A DNA stretch of 64,000 nt, taken from contig CBDCYI010000005.1 of assembly GCA_965224085.1 (NCBI GenBank), positions 2,016,001-2,080,000 of the forward strand. The letters are read 5' to 3'. This stretch comes from Candidatus Marinacidobacterales bacterium (GTDB taxonomy: Bacteria; Acidobacteriota; Vicinamibacteria; Marinacidobacterales; SMYC01). Both the position numbers and the translations under genes were made by a program. The first letter of the stretch is position 1. Every line of letters starts with the position of its first letter. This document shows, piece by piece, positions 55,329 through 64,000 of the stretch. The notes beneath the pieces are model-generated. The model was not told the origin of the DNA. It searched no databases and saw only the letters and a program-made list of their open reading frames with translations.

Positions 55329-56864
55329 TCACCGCTCGGCGTCGGTAGGCTGGAGGGCGTCGAGATCTACCGGCCACCGCGGATGGCGGGCCGCCCGAAT
55401 CTTCTCCAGGGGGCCGACGACCACCGTGACCATCGCCGCTGGATCCAAATATCTTTGTGCCGTCGCTTTCACTTGGTCGGCGTTCACCGCCTGCACCGAC
55501 GCCGGCCAATCGAGCAATCGCTCGACTCCGCCACGTCGGACGGTCTCGACGGCATAGGTCGTGCTGGCCTGACGGGCACCGTCCAACGCTTTCTGCCAAG
55601 CGCCCAGAATGAGAATCCCCTTGGCTCGCTCGATCTCCTCGTCGGTGATGGTATCGGTCGGAGAATGAATCCGCCTCACTTCCTCGAGACAGAATTTGAC
55701 GAGCGGCGCCACCGATTCCTGCCGGCCGCCCGTCCGGATATGGAGCAGCCCGGCCCCGCTTCCGGTCTCCGGCAAAACAAAGATCGTATGATTCGCCAGC
55801 CCGCGCATCTCTCGTACGGCAATGTTCAGCCGCGTGCCGAGGATCTCTTTGAGCACCGCCAGTGGCGCCTGTTCGGACTCTGGGACGGGTTCGATCGCAC
55901 GACCGATAGCGATCCAGCCTTGCCTTGGAACGACCCATGCGCCCAGGCTCGGCTCGTCGAGCGTCTGGAGCCAACGAGAGGGTGGTGGAGGTTGGCGAAA
56001 CGAGCGCGTCTCCACGACACCCGCTGCACTCTCCCAGCCATCGGTGAGGTCGTTGAGGGCGGCGTGGAGATCGGCACTTGGCACACTACCGCCGACGCCG
56101 AACACGACACGGTTGGATCTCAGAGTACGCGCCGCCAGTGCCCGGACGGCTTCGGGCCTCACCGGAATCCCTGGATCCGGCGGCGCGAGAGGATAACCTC
56201 CCATCATGCGCTCGAGCTCGACCTTGGGTCGGAAATCGACCTCCTCGACGCGGGAGTTCGGGGTCGAATAGCCAAGCCCGGTGCGATGCCCGCGGAGAAG
56301 AACCTCATCCAGGGGTCCTCGCAACAGATCCACCACTAAGCCAAGGCCTTTGAGCCAATCGTCCGGAAGCACTTCCAAGGAGACCTGCGTGAAGTCCAGC
56401 GCCTCTTCCACCTCCAGCTCCGTTCCGAGCTCGTCCAAACGATCCGGAAGAGACCCCTGGGAGGTTCGGGCCCTGCGCCCGGCCACAATTCCAGTCAGCA
56501 CGCGCGCCGCGCCGGCTTCGCCATCTCGCTCGTAGAGCCGGCCCAGCGGCAGCGCTGCCGTGATACGTACCACGGGATCCGTGGTATCCGGGATCACATA
56601 GGCACGAACGCCGCTCGCGCTCGTGACCAGGGCTTCCTCCGCATCGGGCGGTTCGAACGTGGTCGGGGTGAACGTGTAGTCGCGTGGGTGCGGCCAGTCA
56701 TGTTCGACCAGCGGCCGGGAGCGGCCGGGCAACGTGTCCCCCTCACGGTCGAGAGCACCGCCACAGCTCATCGTTGCCCAAGCCGCCATCGCCACGGCCA
56801 GTCCGGCTCTCGTGGCGCCTTTCGGTGGAACGAGCCTCGTTGCCAGAACGGTCGCGATTGTCAT
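55329..56864 (-). CDS. M16-fold partner (beta 3), probable lipoprotein
   Basis: ATMSC; HDWPHPRDY; VREMRGLANHT; RHPRWPVDL. Confidence 0.8.
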   Translation of the reverse strand: MTIATVLATRLVPPKGATRAGLAVAMAAWATMSCGGALDREGDTLPGRSRPLVEHDWPHPRDYTFTPTTFEPPDAEEALVTSASGVRAYVIPDTTDPVVRITAALPLGRLYERDGEAGAARVLTGIVAGRRARTSQGSLPDRLDELGTELEVEEALDFTQVSLEVLPDDWLKGLGLVVDLLRGPLDEVLLRGHRTGLGYSTPNSRVEEVDFRPKVELERMMGGYPLAPPDPGIPVRPEAVRALAARTLRSNRVVFGVGGSVPSADLHAALNDLTDGWESAAGVVETRSFRQPPPPSRWLQTLDEPSLGAWVVPRQGWIAIGRAIEPVPESEQAPLAVLKEILGTRLNIAVREMRGLANHTIFVLPETGSGAGLLHIRTGGRQESVAPLVKFCLEEVRRIHSPTDTITDEEIERAKGILILGAWQKALDGARQASTTYAVETVRRGGVERLLDWPASVQAVNADQVKATAQRYLDPAAMVTVVVGPLEKIRAARHPRWPVDLDALQPTDAER

Positions 56865-56868
56865 CGCT

Positions 56869-58494
56869 CTACCGCCCCTCTGTCGGAAGCCCGCTCGAGG
56901 GTTCAACGCTCTCATCACTTCCGGGATTTCGATGCGCCGTCACGATGACGCGGTTGGAGCGGACCAGGTATCGCCTCGCTGCGCGTTCGATATCCTTCAC
57001 CGAAACTCGCTCCCGCGCTTCAACGTGAGATTGCATCGTGTTCCAGCTGTGCATCACCTCGAACCGTCCCAATTCATAGGCGAGGTCAGCGCGACTCGAG
57101 CGGATCTGATTCCAGTCGAGCCGTAGCTCCCTGCGCGCCTGCTCGAGCGTCTTCGGGTCGACTTGACCCTGACGCAACTCTTGCACCACCTCCAATATGG
57201 CGCTCTCGATTGCCCCGAGGTCCTCGTCCCCGCGCCCCATGCCGACGAGGTCGATCGCGCTCGGCGAGCCGGTGCGCGACGCGGATACCCGAAAATCGAC
57301 GCCGGTTGCAAGCTCTCGTTTGTCGCTGAGCTTCCGGTTCAGCATGCGTCCGACCAGCGCTGCGATCGTGTCGAAAACCGGCCGATCGGGATGGCCGACG
57401 CCGGGGATGCGGTAGCGAACGATGACCCTCGGATCCACGGGCTCCAGCCAGTCGAGCCGGATGGCACCCCCAGGAACCACTTCCGCCTCGAGATCCATCC
57501 AGGCGGGTGGCTCCGCTCCCCTCGGGATCCGGCCGAAATATTGCTCGGCGAGAGGTTCGACCTCGCTCCGGGTAATGTCCCCCACGAGGACGAGGCTCGC
57601 GTTGTTGGGTACGAAGTAATCATCGTACATGCGCAGCATGCTGGCCCGACTGTAGAACGCGAAATCCCTCAAATGGCCGCCGGAGCGCCGGAACATCGGA
57701 TGTACGACTCCGGTAACTCCGTTCATCACCTCATAGAACCTTCCCCTCGGATCGGCGGCCCGTTGGCGTCCTCCCAGGATCTGCTCGAGCACGGTAAACC
57801 GCTGGGCCTCCCATCCCCTCAGGACCGCGTTGGCCATGCGATCCGCCTCCAGCCGAAACAGAAGCTCGATGTTCTCCCTGGGCATGTCGAGGTCGATCTC
57901 GAGCGCCTCGTGCCCGGTCGTGGCCGGCACCGGATCGGTATGTCTGCTGACAGCCCCGTACCGACGATGCCAGTTGTATTCGGCCCAGAATTCCCTGTAT
58001 TGCGCATCCTCGTCCTCCAGCTCGTACAATCGCTGCCGCAACTGCTCGATTTCGGGGGTCGTCGGCCAGTCGAGGTCGCCGTGAAAGACGTCGCGCTGCC
58101 GGAGGCGGTTTCTCTCACGGTTACGGGCGGCCAGGAGCTTCTGCTCGGTCTCGTAGATCTCGCGCAAGAGGGATTTCTCAGCCTCGAAGTTGTTCGTGCC
58201 AACGGTCGTGGTCCCCTGGTGCACCATGTGCTCGAGGAAGTGGGTCGAGCCATGCTCGCCAATACGCTCCTGCAACGAGCCCAGGCGGTACCACAGACTC
58301 GCTGCGACGCGAGGGACCCGGTGATCCTCCACGACTAACACCCGGAATCCGTTGTCGAGCACGAGCTCTTGAACGTCGACCAGGGGAAAAGACGAAGACG
58401 GCTCGACGGAGGACTGGCTGTCGCTCGATCGCACGGAGGCTAGCCCTATGAGGAGCGTGGTGGCGACGGCACTCGTCAGGAGGAAGGGTCGCAT
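56869..58494 (-). CDS. M16-fold HxxEH subunit (alpha 5)
   Basis: GSTHFLEHMVHQGT; signal peptide. Confidence 0.85.
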   Translation of the reverse strand: MRPFLLTSAVATTLLIGLASVRSSDSQSSVEPSSSFPLVDVQELVLDNGFRVLVVEDHRVPRVAASLWYRLGSLQERIGEHGSTHFLEHMVHQGTTTVGTNNFEAEKSLLREIYETEQKLLAARNRERNRLRQRDVFHGDLDWPTTPEIEQLRQRLYELEDEDAQYREFWAEYNWHRRYGAVSRHTDPVPATTGHEALEIDLDMPRENIELLFRLEADRMANAVLRGWEAQRFTVLEQILGGRQRAADPRGRFYEVMNGVTGVVHPMFRRSGGHLRDFAFYSRASMLRMYDDYFVPNNASLVLVGDITRSEVEPLAEQYFGRIPRGAEPPAWMDLEAEVVPGGAIRLDWLEPVDPRVIVRYRIPGVGHPDRPVFDTIAALVGRMLNRKLSDKRELATGVDFRVSASRTGSPSAIDLVGMGRGDEDLGAIESAILEVVQELRQGQVDPKTLEQARRELRLDWNQIRSSRADLAYELGRFEVMHSWNTMQSHVEARERVSVKDIERAARRYLVRSNRVIVTAHRNPGSDESVEPSSGLPTEGR

Positions 58495-58589
58495 CCCGGC
58501 ATTCCTTTCCGTGCAGCGGAGCGTCCGTTAGCCGGGAGGGAGCTCGCGATCTAGGAGTCCCCCTCGAGGTGCTCGGTGCTCGGCGCCCA

Positions 58590-60320
58590 TCAGAATCCGT
58601 TGGCATGACCGAGGCGTCGCGGATCGGTCACCCCATGAAGTTTGCCGGCATCATCGCGCCAGACAAGTTGGATCGAGCCGGTATGCCAGTTGTACGGTCC
58701 AAGCTCCTCGATCTGGATCCCGCGCGCCGAAAGCTCCTTGCGCAGGGCATCGGGAATGCGGGACTCGATGCGAAGATACCCGACGTTGCCAAAGTCTCGG
58801 TCCACTCCCCTGTCACGGTACGCCCAGAAGCGCGGCGCGTCGATGGCCTCTTTCGGCGGCATACCGAAGTCGAGGATGTTGATCAGAACCTCGGTAACCG
58901 GCTGCGACGGCAATCCCGGTGAGCCGATCGCCAGCCAGGGCTTGCCGTCCTTCGCGATCATCGTCGCGGTCACGTGCGTCGAAAAACGTCGGCCGGGTCC
59001 GCTCGTGCGCTGCCATCTTCCGCTGCCGGTAGATCTCACGCCGTCGACGAACACACCCGGCATACCACCATGCCCGGTATGAAGATAAGTAATCCAGTTG
59101 CCCTCGGCGTCGACGATGACGTTGTGATTGCTGTCGTCGCCGTAGGGGTCGACCTTACTCCAGGGTCCGGCTGGTCGCAGCGAAGCATAATCATCGGTAG
59201 CTCTCGCCGGCGCGAGGTCCGCTTTCGGCATGCTGGTCCGCACGAACTCGGCTCCCATCTTGCCGTACTCCTTCGAAAGCCATAGCGCCGACGGGATGTG
59301 GAAGCTGCGCGGATCCCCCATGGCATAGCGAATCTCGTTCTCCACCCGGCCGAGCGCGCGCACCATGATCTCCAGCGTTTCTGCCGACTCCGTGTAATGT
59401 CCCGCTTTCTTCAGGTCAAAGTTCTCCAGGATGTTCAGGTTGTAGCCAAGATTCAGACCCCCGGCCACCGGAGGCGGCTCACTGATGATCTCGTGGCCCC
59501 GGTACGTAAAACGCACCGGCTCCTGCCAGAGCACCTCGTAAGCGCTCAGATCTTCCAGGCTCACGCGCCCGCCACGCTTGTTCGCTTCCTTCACGAACTT
59601 CTGGGCCCACGCTCCCTTGTAGAGGTAATCCGAACCCTCCGAGGCTACCTTGCGGAGAGTTTCTGCGAGCGCCGGCATCTTCCAGCGGTGCCCCACCGGC
59701 ACCAGGTGCCCTTCGGGCATGTAGAACTCCCGGGCCTCTTTGTTCTCCTTGATCAAATCCCTGTTTGACCAATTGGAATAGTTGTTGCCATACATGAAGG
59801 AGGTGACGACGAACCCTTCCTCGGCGGTGGCGATGGCAGGCTCGACATAACTGGCCCACTCCTGCGTGCCGAAGCGCTTCCACAGTTGCTCCAGCGCGAG
59901 CACCTTGCCCGCAATCGAAACCTTCATCGGGTCGCCGTGCTCGCCGCGCTCGGCGAGAGGCTTTGCGCCATAAGCATTGAAGGCGTAATACTTCCCGGTT
60001 GCCGCCTCATAGTAGAGCCCGGTCATCGCGCCAAAAAGAGAGACTTGATGGTAGTCCACGACGTTTTGGAGGAACGTCGCGGTGATGGCCGCATCCACGG
60101 CATTACCACCTTCACGGAGGACCTCGAGCGCCGTCTCCGTGACGATGTGGAGTTGCGTGCTCACCATCACCTTGTCGCCTATCGCTTCGGGTTTAGGGCC
60201 CTGATTGAGCAGCGGATCTCTGGGATCGGTGGGTCCCGGCTCAATCTGGCCCATCGCTGCCGGCACCATGCCCGTGAAGATGAGAGTCAAGACTAGGGCC
60301 GGTAATGTGACCGAACGCAT
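58590..60320 (-). CDS. GGT-fold Ntn hydrolase 5 (divergent, secreted)
   Basis: RBS GAGGAGG; DSNHNVIVDAEGN, GSPGLPSQP, TDPRR. Confidence 0.85.
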   Translation of the reverse strand: MRSVTLPALVLTLIFTGMVPAAMGQIEPGPTDPRDPLLNQGPKPEAIGDKVMVSTQLHIVTETALEVLREGGNAVDAAITATFLQNVVDYHQVSLFGAMTGLYYEAATGKYYAFNAYGAKPLAERGEHGDPMKVSIAGKVLALEQLWKRFGTQEWASYVEPAIATAEEGFVVTSFMYGNNYSNWSNRDLIKENKEAREFYMPEGHLVPVGHRWKMPALAETLRKVASEGSDYLYKGAWAQKFVKEANKRGGRVSLEDLSAYEVLWQEPVRFTYRGHEIISEPPPVAGGLNLGYNLNILENFDLKKAGHYTESAETLEIMVRALGRVENEIRYAMGDPRSFHIPSALWLSKEYGKMGAEFVRTSMPKADLAPARATDDYASLRPAGPWSKVDPYGDDSNHNVIVDAEGNWITYLHTGHGGMPGVFVDGVRSTGSGRWQRTSGPGRRFSTHVTATMIAKDGKPWLAIGSPGLPSQPVTEVLINILDFGMPPKEAIDAPRFWAYRDRGVDRDFGNVGYLRIESRIPDALRKELSARGIQIEELGPYNWHTGSIQLVWRDDAGKLHGVTDPRRLGHANGF

Positions 60321-60457
60321 AGCTACCTCCTCTCGGGGAATGCTTTGCTCCCGAGGCTCTTGGAAAAGTTTTTCCAGAATGAAGATCGATCTCAAACGAG
60401 CGCCCTTAGAAAAATTTCTGTCGGGCTTTCTCCTGGTGGTTAGGATGTCTCATTGGA

Positions 60458-60493
60458 CTCCGGGGTGACGGGATCAAGCCCGCCACCCCGGAG
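60458..60493 (-). terminator. Hairpin between TBDR4 and GGT5
   Basis: ctccggggtgacggg-N6-cccgccaccccggag. Confidence 0.55.
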
Positions 60494-60549
60494 CCGATTC
60501 TCGCCGGCTGCCTGCCGAGACCCTTGCTCGCGTGGCCGGCACCGAGGCG

Positions 60550-63390
60550 CTAAAAACGGAGGCGCACCCCAATTTGCAGGGTGCGCGGCAGCTCGATGAC
60601 GGCCGGTTTCCCAAAATTGGAGAGGTCGAATCTCAAGGTCTGGACAGCCGTGACGGTGCTTACATTGAGCACGTTGAAGACGTCGGCCGTAAGATCCAAG
60701 TTCAAACGGCTGCCAAGTACAATCGCCTTTTCGGCACGGAACGATAGCAGGTGCAGAAAGTCTTGTCGGTTCGTTCCTCTCGGCTGACCGGCGAACTCGA
60801 TGAAGCTCTCTACCACGATGGCCGGGTTATCCTCCGCGAACACACGAATCGTGGGGGAGCCCAGGACGTCCGATGGGAAACCCGAGTCGGGCTTGATGGG
60901 GAAGCCGGAGATCCCCTGGTAGAACGCGCTCACCATGATTTGGTAAGGAGCCTGGTAGCTGCCGACGAGCTTGATCTGGACGGGAGCGTCCAAGTCGAGC
61001 GGACCGTCAATATTGATCAAGGTGTTCGGGTTGTCGTAGATTTGGTGTCCTCCCCAGGTGGCGCCGAAACTGTTGCCGATATTGCCGTCGGACCGGCCGA
61101 GGTTGAGCGAGCCAGTAAACTGCCAGCCGTCGCTCATCCGCTTGCGAGCGGCGATCTCGAGTCCTTTGTAGTTCCGCTCGAGAGGCACCGGATCGGTGGG
61201 GGTGGTGAGGTAGCGGATTCGTTGCGCCCCCACGAATTCCGGTTTCAGAGCGAAGGCCGTCATAGACTGGCCATCGATCGGGTTGATGACGTCGAGCGGA
61301 TCATAGGCAGAGAAGGGCCTGCCTATGTCTACGGTCTCCAGGATGTCCCGGTCGCGTTTGAAAATCCCGCTCACCGAGATGGCAAAGTTGTTTCCGATCT
61401 GCTGCTCGACTCCCACGTGGAGCGCGTCCGTGTAAGGTGCCTTCAAATTGGGATCGAACTGATCCAGATTTGTCGAGAAATTTCGGCGCAGGGTCCCCTG
61501 TTCGCCGTCCTGGAAGAAGAGATCGCCGTTAAGGTCATTCCAATCGTACTCCTGAAAGCTGGCCGCGTTCTGGAGGGCGAGCGACATGTGCTGATTCATG
61601 AGCGCCACGTAATATCGGCCAAAATTCAGCTTAAAGGAGGTCCGCTGGTCACCCTTGAGATCCCACACCAGCCCCAGCCGAGGGGCGACGGTGAACCAAT
61701 CGATCTGATTGCGTTGCTCGGCGAAGGTCACCTCGGGAAACCACCGACCCCCACCGCCCGTCTGCTCGGGGTGGAACCCCTCACTCCATTCGAACCGGGC
61801 CCCCAGATTCAGGGTGACCCGATCTTTCAGCGTCCATGCATCCTGGACGAACCCCGCCTGGCGGTTGACGTGCCGGCCCTGCAGCACCGGGAGCTGGTAA
61901 AGCCGAATCCGGTGTGCCGCTCCGTTCCTGTACCGGTGAAGCATTTCATCGGGGAGTTCGAATCGCCTCCAAAGCGGTGCAAATTCGTACTCGAAACCCG
62001 CCTGGAGATTGTGTTCGCCTCCCAAGAAGTCCCCGCTGAAGTAAGAGAAGTTGGCCTTGATATTTCTTTTCTCTCGGTTTTTGTAGTTGTTGACCGTGCG
62101 TGTCCATCCGCAGCAATCTAGCCCAGTGCCAATGTCCCGACCGCCCGATATCTCGGAATTGACAAAACCGCCCCCGCTCTGCTGCAAGGTCTGGACAAAC
62201 TTTATGTCCATATAGGTGTTTTCATTCAGCACCTGTGTCAGGGACACAAAAATGATCTTCTGATACCGGTCAGCGTCACGCCACGTCTCGGGCGAATCGT
62301 TGGTTCGAAAGCTGGCGCCGGTCGGAAACTCCGTACGGTCGCGCTGGGTGTAGGAGCCCATGAGGCGCGTATTCTCCGTTAGCTGCGTGGTGACCTTGAC
62401 GAAGCCTTGAGTGTCGGAAACGTCTATATCTCTGGCTGTGAAGTCCGGACGCGTGAAGTCGATGTCAAACCTGCGGATATTCCCGAAATACCAGACCTTA
62501 TCCTGCAGGATCGGACCGCCCAGGGTGAAGCCGTAATTCACGTTCTTGTTGATCGTCGTTCCCTGTTCGAGTCCCTGGTCGATGAGCTCGTCGGTGAGGT
62601 TGTCCCCTTGTAGCCCATCATTCTGTAAGAAAACGTTGACATTACCTTCGTGTTGGTTTCCACCCGACTTGGTCACGAAGTTGAACACCGCGCCGCTCGC
62701 CTGACCGAACTCGGCAGAAATGCCTCCGCTAGTGATCTGAACCTCGTCGAGAATGTCGTATGGGAGGTCGGTGAACGTGTAGCCCACCGTGTTATCGTTA
62801 ATGTTTGCGCCGTCGACGTACGAGACGTTGTCTCGAACCGAACCTCCGTGCACGGTTTGCGCCGGAGCAAAGGCGTATTGGCTATCGATGACACCCGGAG
62901 CGGTGACAAGGAGCTCGTCAAAGCGGTTTGCCGAGGGGAGATTCTCCACAATGGCACTGTCGACGATGCGCTGCGTCTTGGTGTTCCTCACATCGATGAT
63001 TGGCGATTCGCCAGTTACCGTGACGGTCTCCTGAACGGCACTAATGTTCAAGGTAACATCAATCGCTAGCGATGCTCCTGCCTCCAGAACGATCTCCTCG
63101 TGGGAAGTCGTTTGGAATCCTGGCAGCTCGATTTTTACCCTATAGACGCCAGGGGGAAGACTTGGAACACGATAAGTCCCTTCATTGCCGGTGACTCGGA
63201 CCTCCGTGTCCTTGATGAGCTGCGGACTGGATACGGTTACCGTCGCACCGGGGATACGGCTACCGCTCGCGTCGACGACCCTGCCGTAGAGGGTTCCGGT
63301 GAGTTCCTGCGCAAGGACACTACCTGCTCCCATCAGCAATAGGATGGACAGGACAAAACTAACCGAATTCATCACGAATCTATTGGACAT
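60550..63390 (-). CDS. TonB-dependent receptor 4 (Oar-like)
   Basis: RBS AAGGAG; signal peptide; FAPAQTVHGGSVRDN, VTKSGGN, FVQDAW, APRLG, terminal F. Confidence 0.9.
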   Translation of the reverse strand: MSNRFVMNSVSFVLSILLLMGAGSVLAQELTGTLYGRVVDASGSRIPGATVTVSSPQLIKDTEVRVTGNEGTYRVPSLPPGVYRVKIELPGFQTTSHEEIVLEAGASLAIDVTLNISAVQETVTVTGESPIIDVRNTKTQRIVDSAIVENLPSANRFDELLVTAPGVIDSQYAFAPAQTVHGGSVRDNVSYVDGANINDNTVGYTFTDLPYDILDEVQITSGGISAEFGQASGAVFNFVTKSGGNQHEGNVNVFLQNDGLQGDNLTDELIDQGLEQGTTINKNVNYGFTLGGPILQDKVWYFGNIRRFDIDFTRPDFTARDIDVSDTQGFVKVTTQLTENTRLMGSYTQRDRTEFPTGASFRTNDSPETWRDADRYQKIIFVSLTQVLNENTYMDIKFVQTLQQSGGGFVNSEISGGRDIGTGLDCCGWTRTVNNYKNREKRNIKANFSYFSGDFLGGEHNLQAGFEYEFAPLWRRFELPDEMLHRYRNGAAHRIRLYQLPVLQGRHVNRQAGFVQDAWTLKDRVTLNLGARFEWSEGFHPEQTGGGGRWFPEVTFAEQRNQIDWFTVAPRLGLVWDLKGDQRTSFKLNFGRYYVALMNQHMSLALQNAASFQEYDWNDLNGDLFFQDGEQGTLRRNFSTNLDQFDPNLKAPYTDALHVGVEQQIGNNFAISVSGIFKRDRDILETVDIGRPFSAYDPLDVINPIDGQSMTAFALKPEFVGAQRIRYLTTPTDPVPLERNYKGLEIAARKRMSDGWQFTGSLNLGRSDGNIGNSFGATWGGHQIYDNPNTLINIDGPLDLDAPVQIKLVGSYQAPYQIMVSAFYQGISGFPIKPDSGFPSDVLGSPTIRVFAEDNPAIVVESFIEFAGQPRGTNRQDFLHLLSFRAEKAIVLGSRLNLDLTADVFNVLNVSTVTAVQTLRFDLSNFGKPAVIELPRTLQIGVRLRF

Positions 63391-63521
63391 TTTCTTCTCC
63401 TTGAAACTGACGGTAACAAACTGGATGCCCTCTCCGCGGTCGAAAGCGCGGCACCCGGATAGGCTCATCGCGCCAAACTGCAACTAGACTAAGACTAGAA
63501 CTAGAATCACGACATACGCTC

Positions 63522-63556
63522 TCTATACCATCGCTCATCGTTTGTCAAGAACAACG
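63522..63556 (-). promoter_or_regulatory. Sigma70-like promoter upstream of TBDR4, homologous to that of TBDR2
   Basis: cgttgttcTTGACAaacgatgagcgatggTATAGA (15-bp spacer). Confidence 0.55.
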
Positions 63557-64000
63557 AGGCGGATGGGACCGCGGCTTGGCCGGCGCACCAAACACCCGAA
63601 GACACGGATGATGGAAATTTTGACTGCGCGATAGAAAGTCCTGCGAGGACCTCGGGCGCCTCTAGGTTGAATAGCAGGGAAATTCAGCAACTCTTGAGGC
63701 CGGCTCGCTGGCCCCCTTTGGATTGCCGGTGTCACCAAAGCAGGGCGTATGGTGGTAACCTGACTCGGCGGTCTTGAGGAGGTTTTCTCCGCGTTGCTCT
63801 TGGTCAGAGCATTTGAAAAGGCAAAGTAAAGTGCAGTGAGCAAGAAGAGGCGGGGAAGGAAGCGCTCGGCGTCAGAGCCGAGGGGCTTCCTGCGGCGAAC
63901 GAGGCAAGCCTTACTGGTGTTGGGCATCCTAGCGATTCTTCTCGCTATAGCCAGCCGGCTACTTCGAGAGGGGCCATCGGTTCCGCATCCGGATACGTCG

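Noticed and set aside
38567-58494. RiPP/PQQ biosynthesis (PqqF/G-like M16 pairs)
   Set aside because: No precursor peptide, radical SAM or other maturase genes were seen, and these M16 proteins appear to be exported.
63535-63927. 130-aa minus-strand ORF
   Set aside because: No recognisable family, and its 3' end overlaps the TBDR4 promoter; not supportable from this window.
1-64000. tRNA/rRNA genes, cas genes, reverse transcriptase or defence systems
   Set aside because: None recognised by eye; a covariance-model or HMM search would be needed to exclude small RNAs.

Overview
GC-rich bacterial window, probably Acidobacteriota (inferred from a GWxTD protein, Oar-like TonB-dependent receptors and CRTAC1/ASPIC-UnbV proteins). 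It is dominated by an expanded locus of mostly secreted or lipoprotein hydrolase-fold genes built around four paralogous TonB-dependent receptors (one frameshifted). The locus holds 4 DUF885 proteins, 5 gamma-glutamyltransferase(GGT)-fold Ntn hydrolases plus a relic of a sixth, 8 M16-fold subunits (5 with HxxEH, one of them interrupted by an in-frame TGA, and 3 probable lipoprotein partners without it), 2 M24 aminopeptidases, a VPS10/BNR beta-propeller protein, an MFS transporter and a MaoC dehydratase. All three expanded hydrolase families carry non-canonical residues at expected catalytic or binding positions, mostly shared across paralogs: GGT TTH->SNH, M16 third Zn ligand E->Q and NAxT->PATT, and loss of the DUF885 HE motif. 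A TBDR-GGT-M16a-M16b cassette occurs twice as a mirror image at 47-63 kb. Together this suggests an uncharacterised outer-membrane import plus periplasmic amide/peptide-processing system. Also present: accB/accC-like genes, an LLM-class oxidoreductase, an IS1634 element, CTAG-flanked MITEs, several gene relics and paired sigma70/sigma54-like promoters. All family calls come from motif recognition by eye; no database searches were run.
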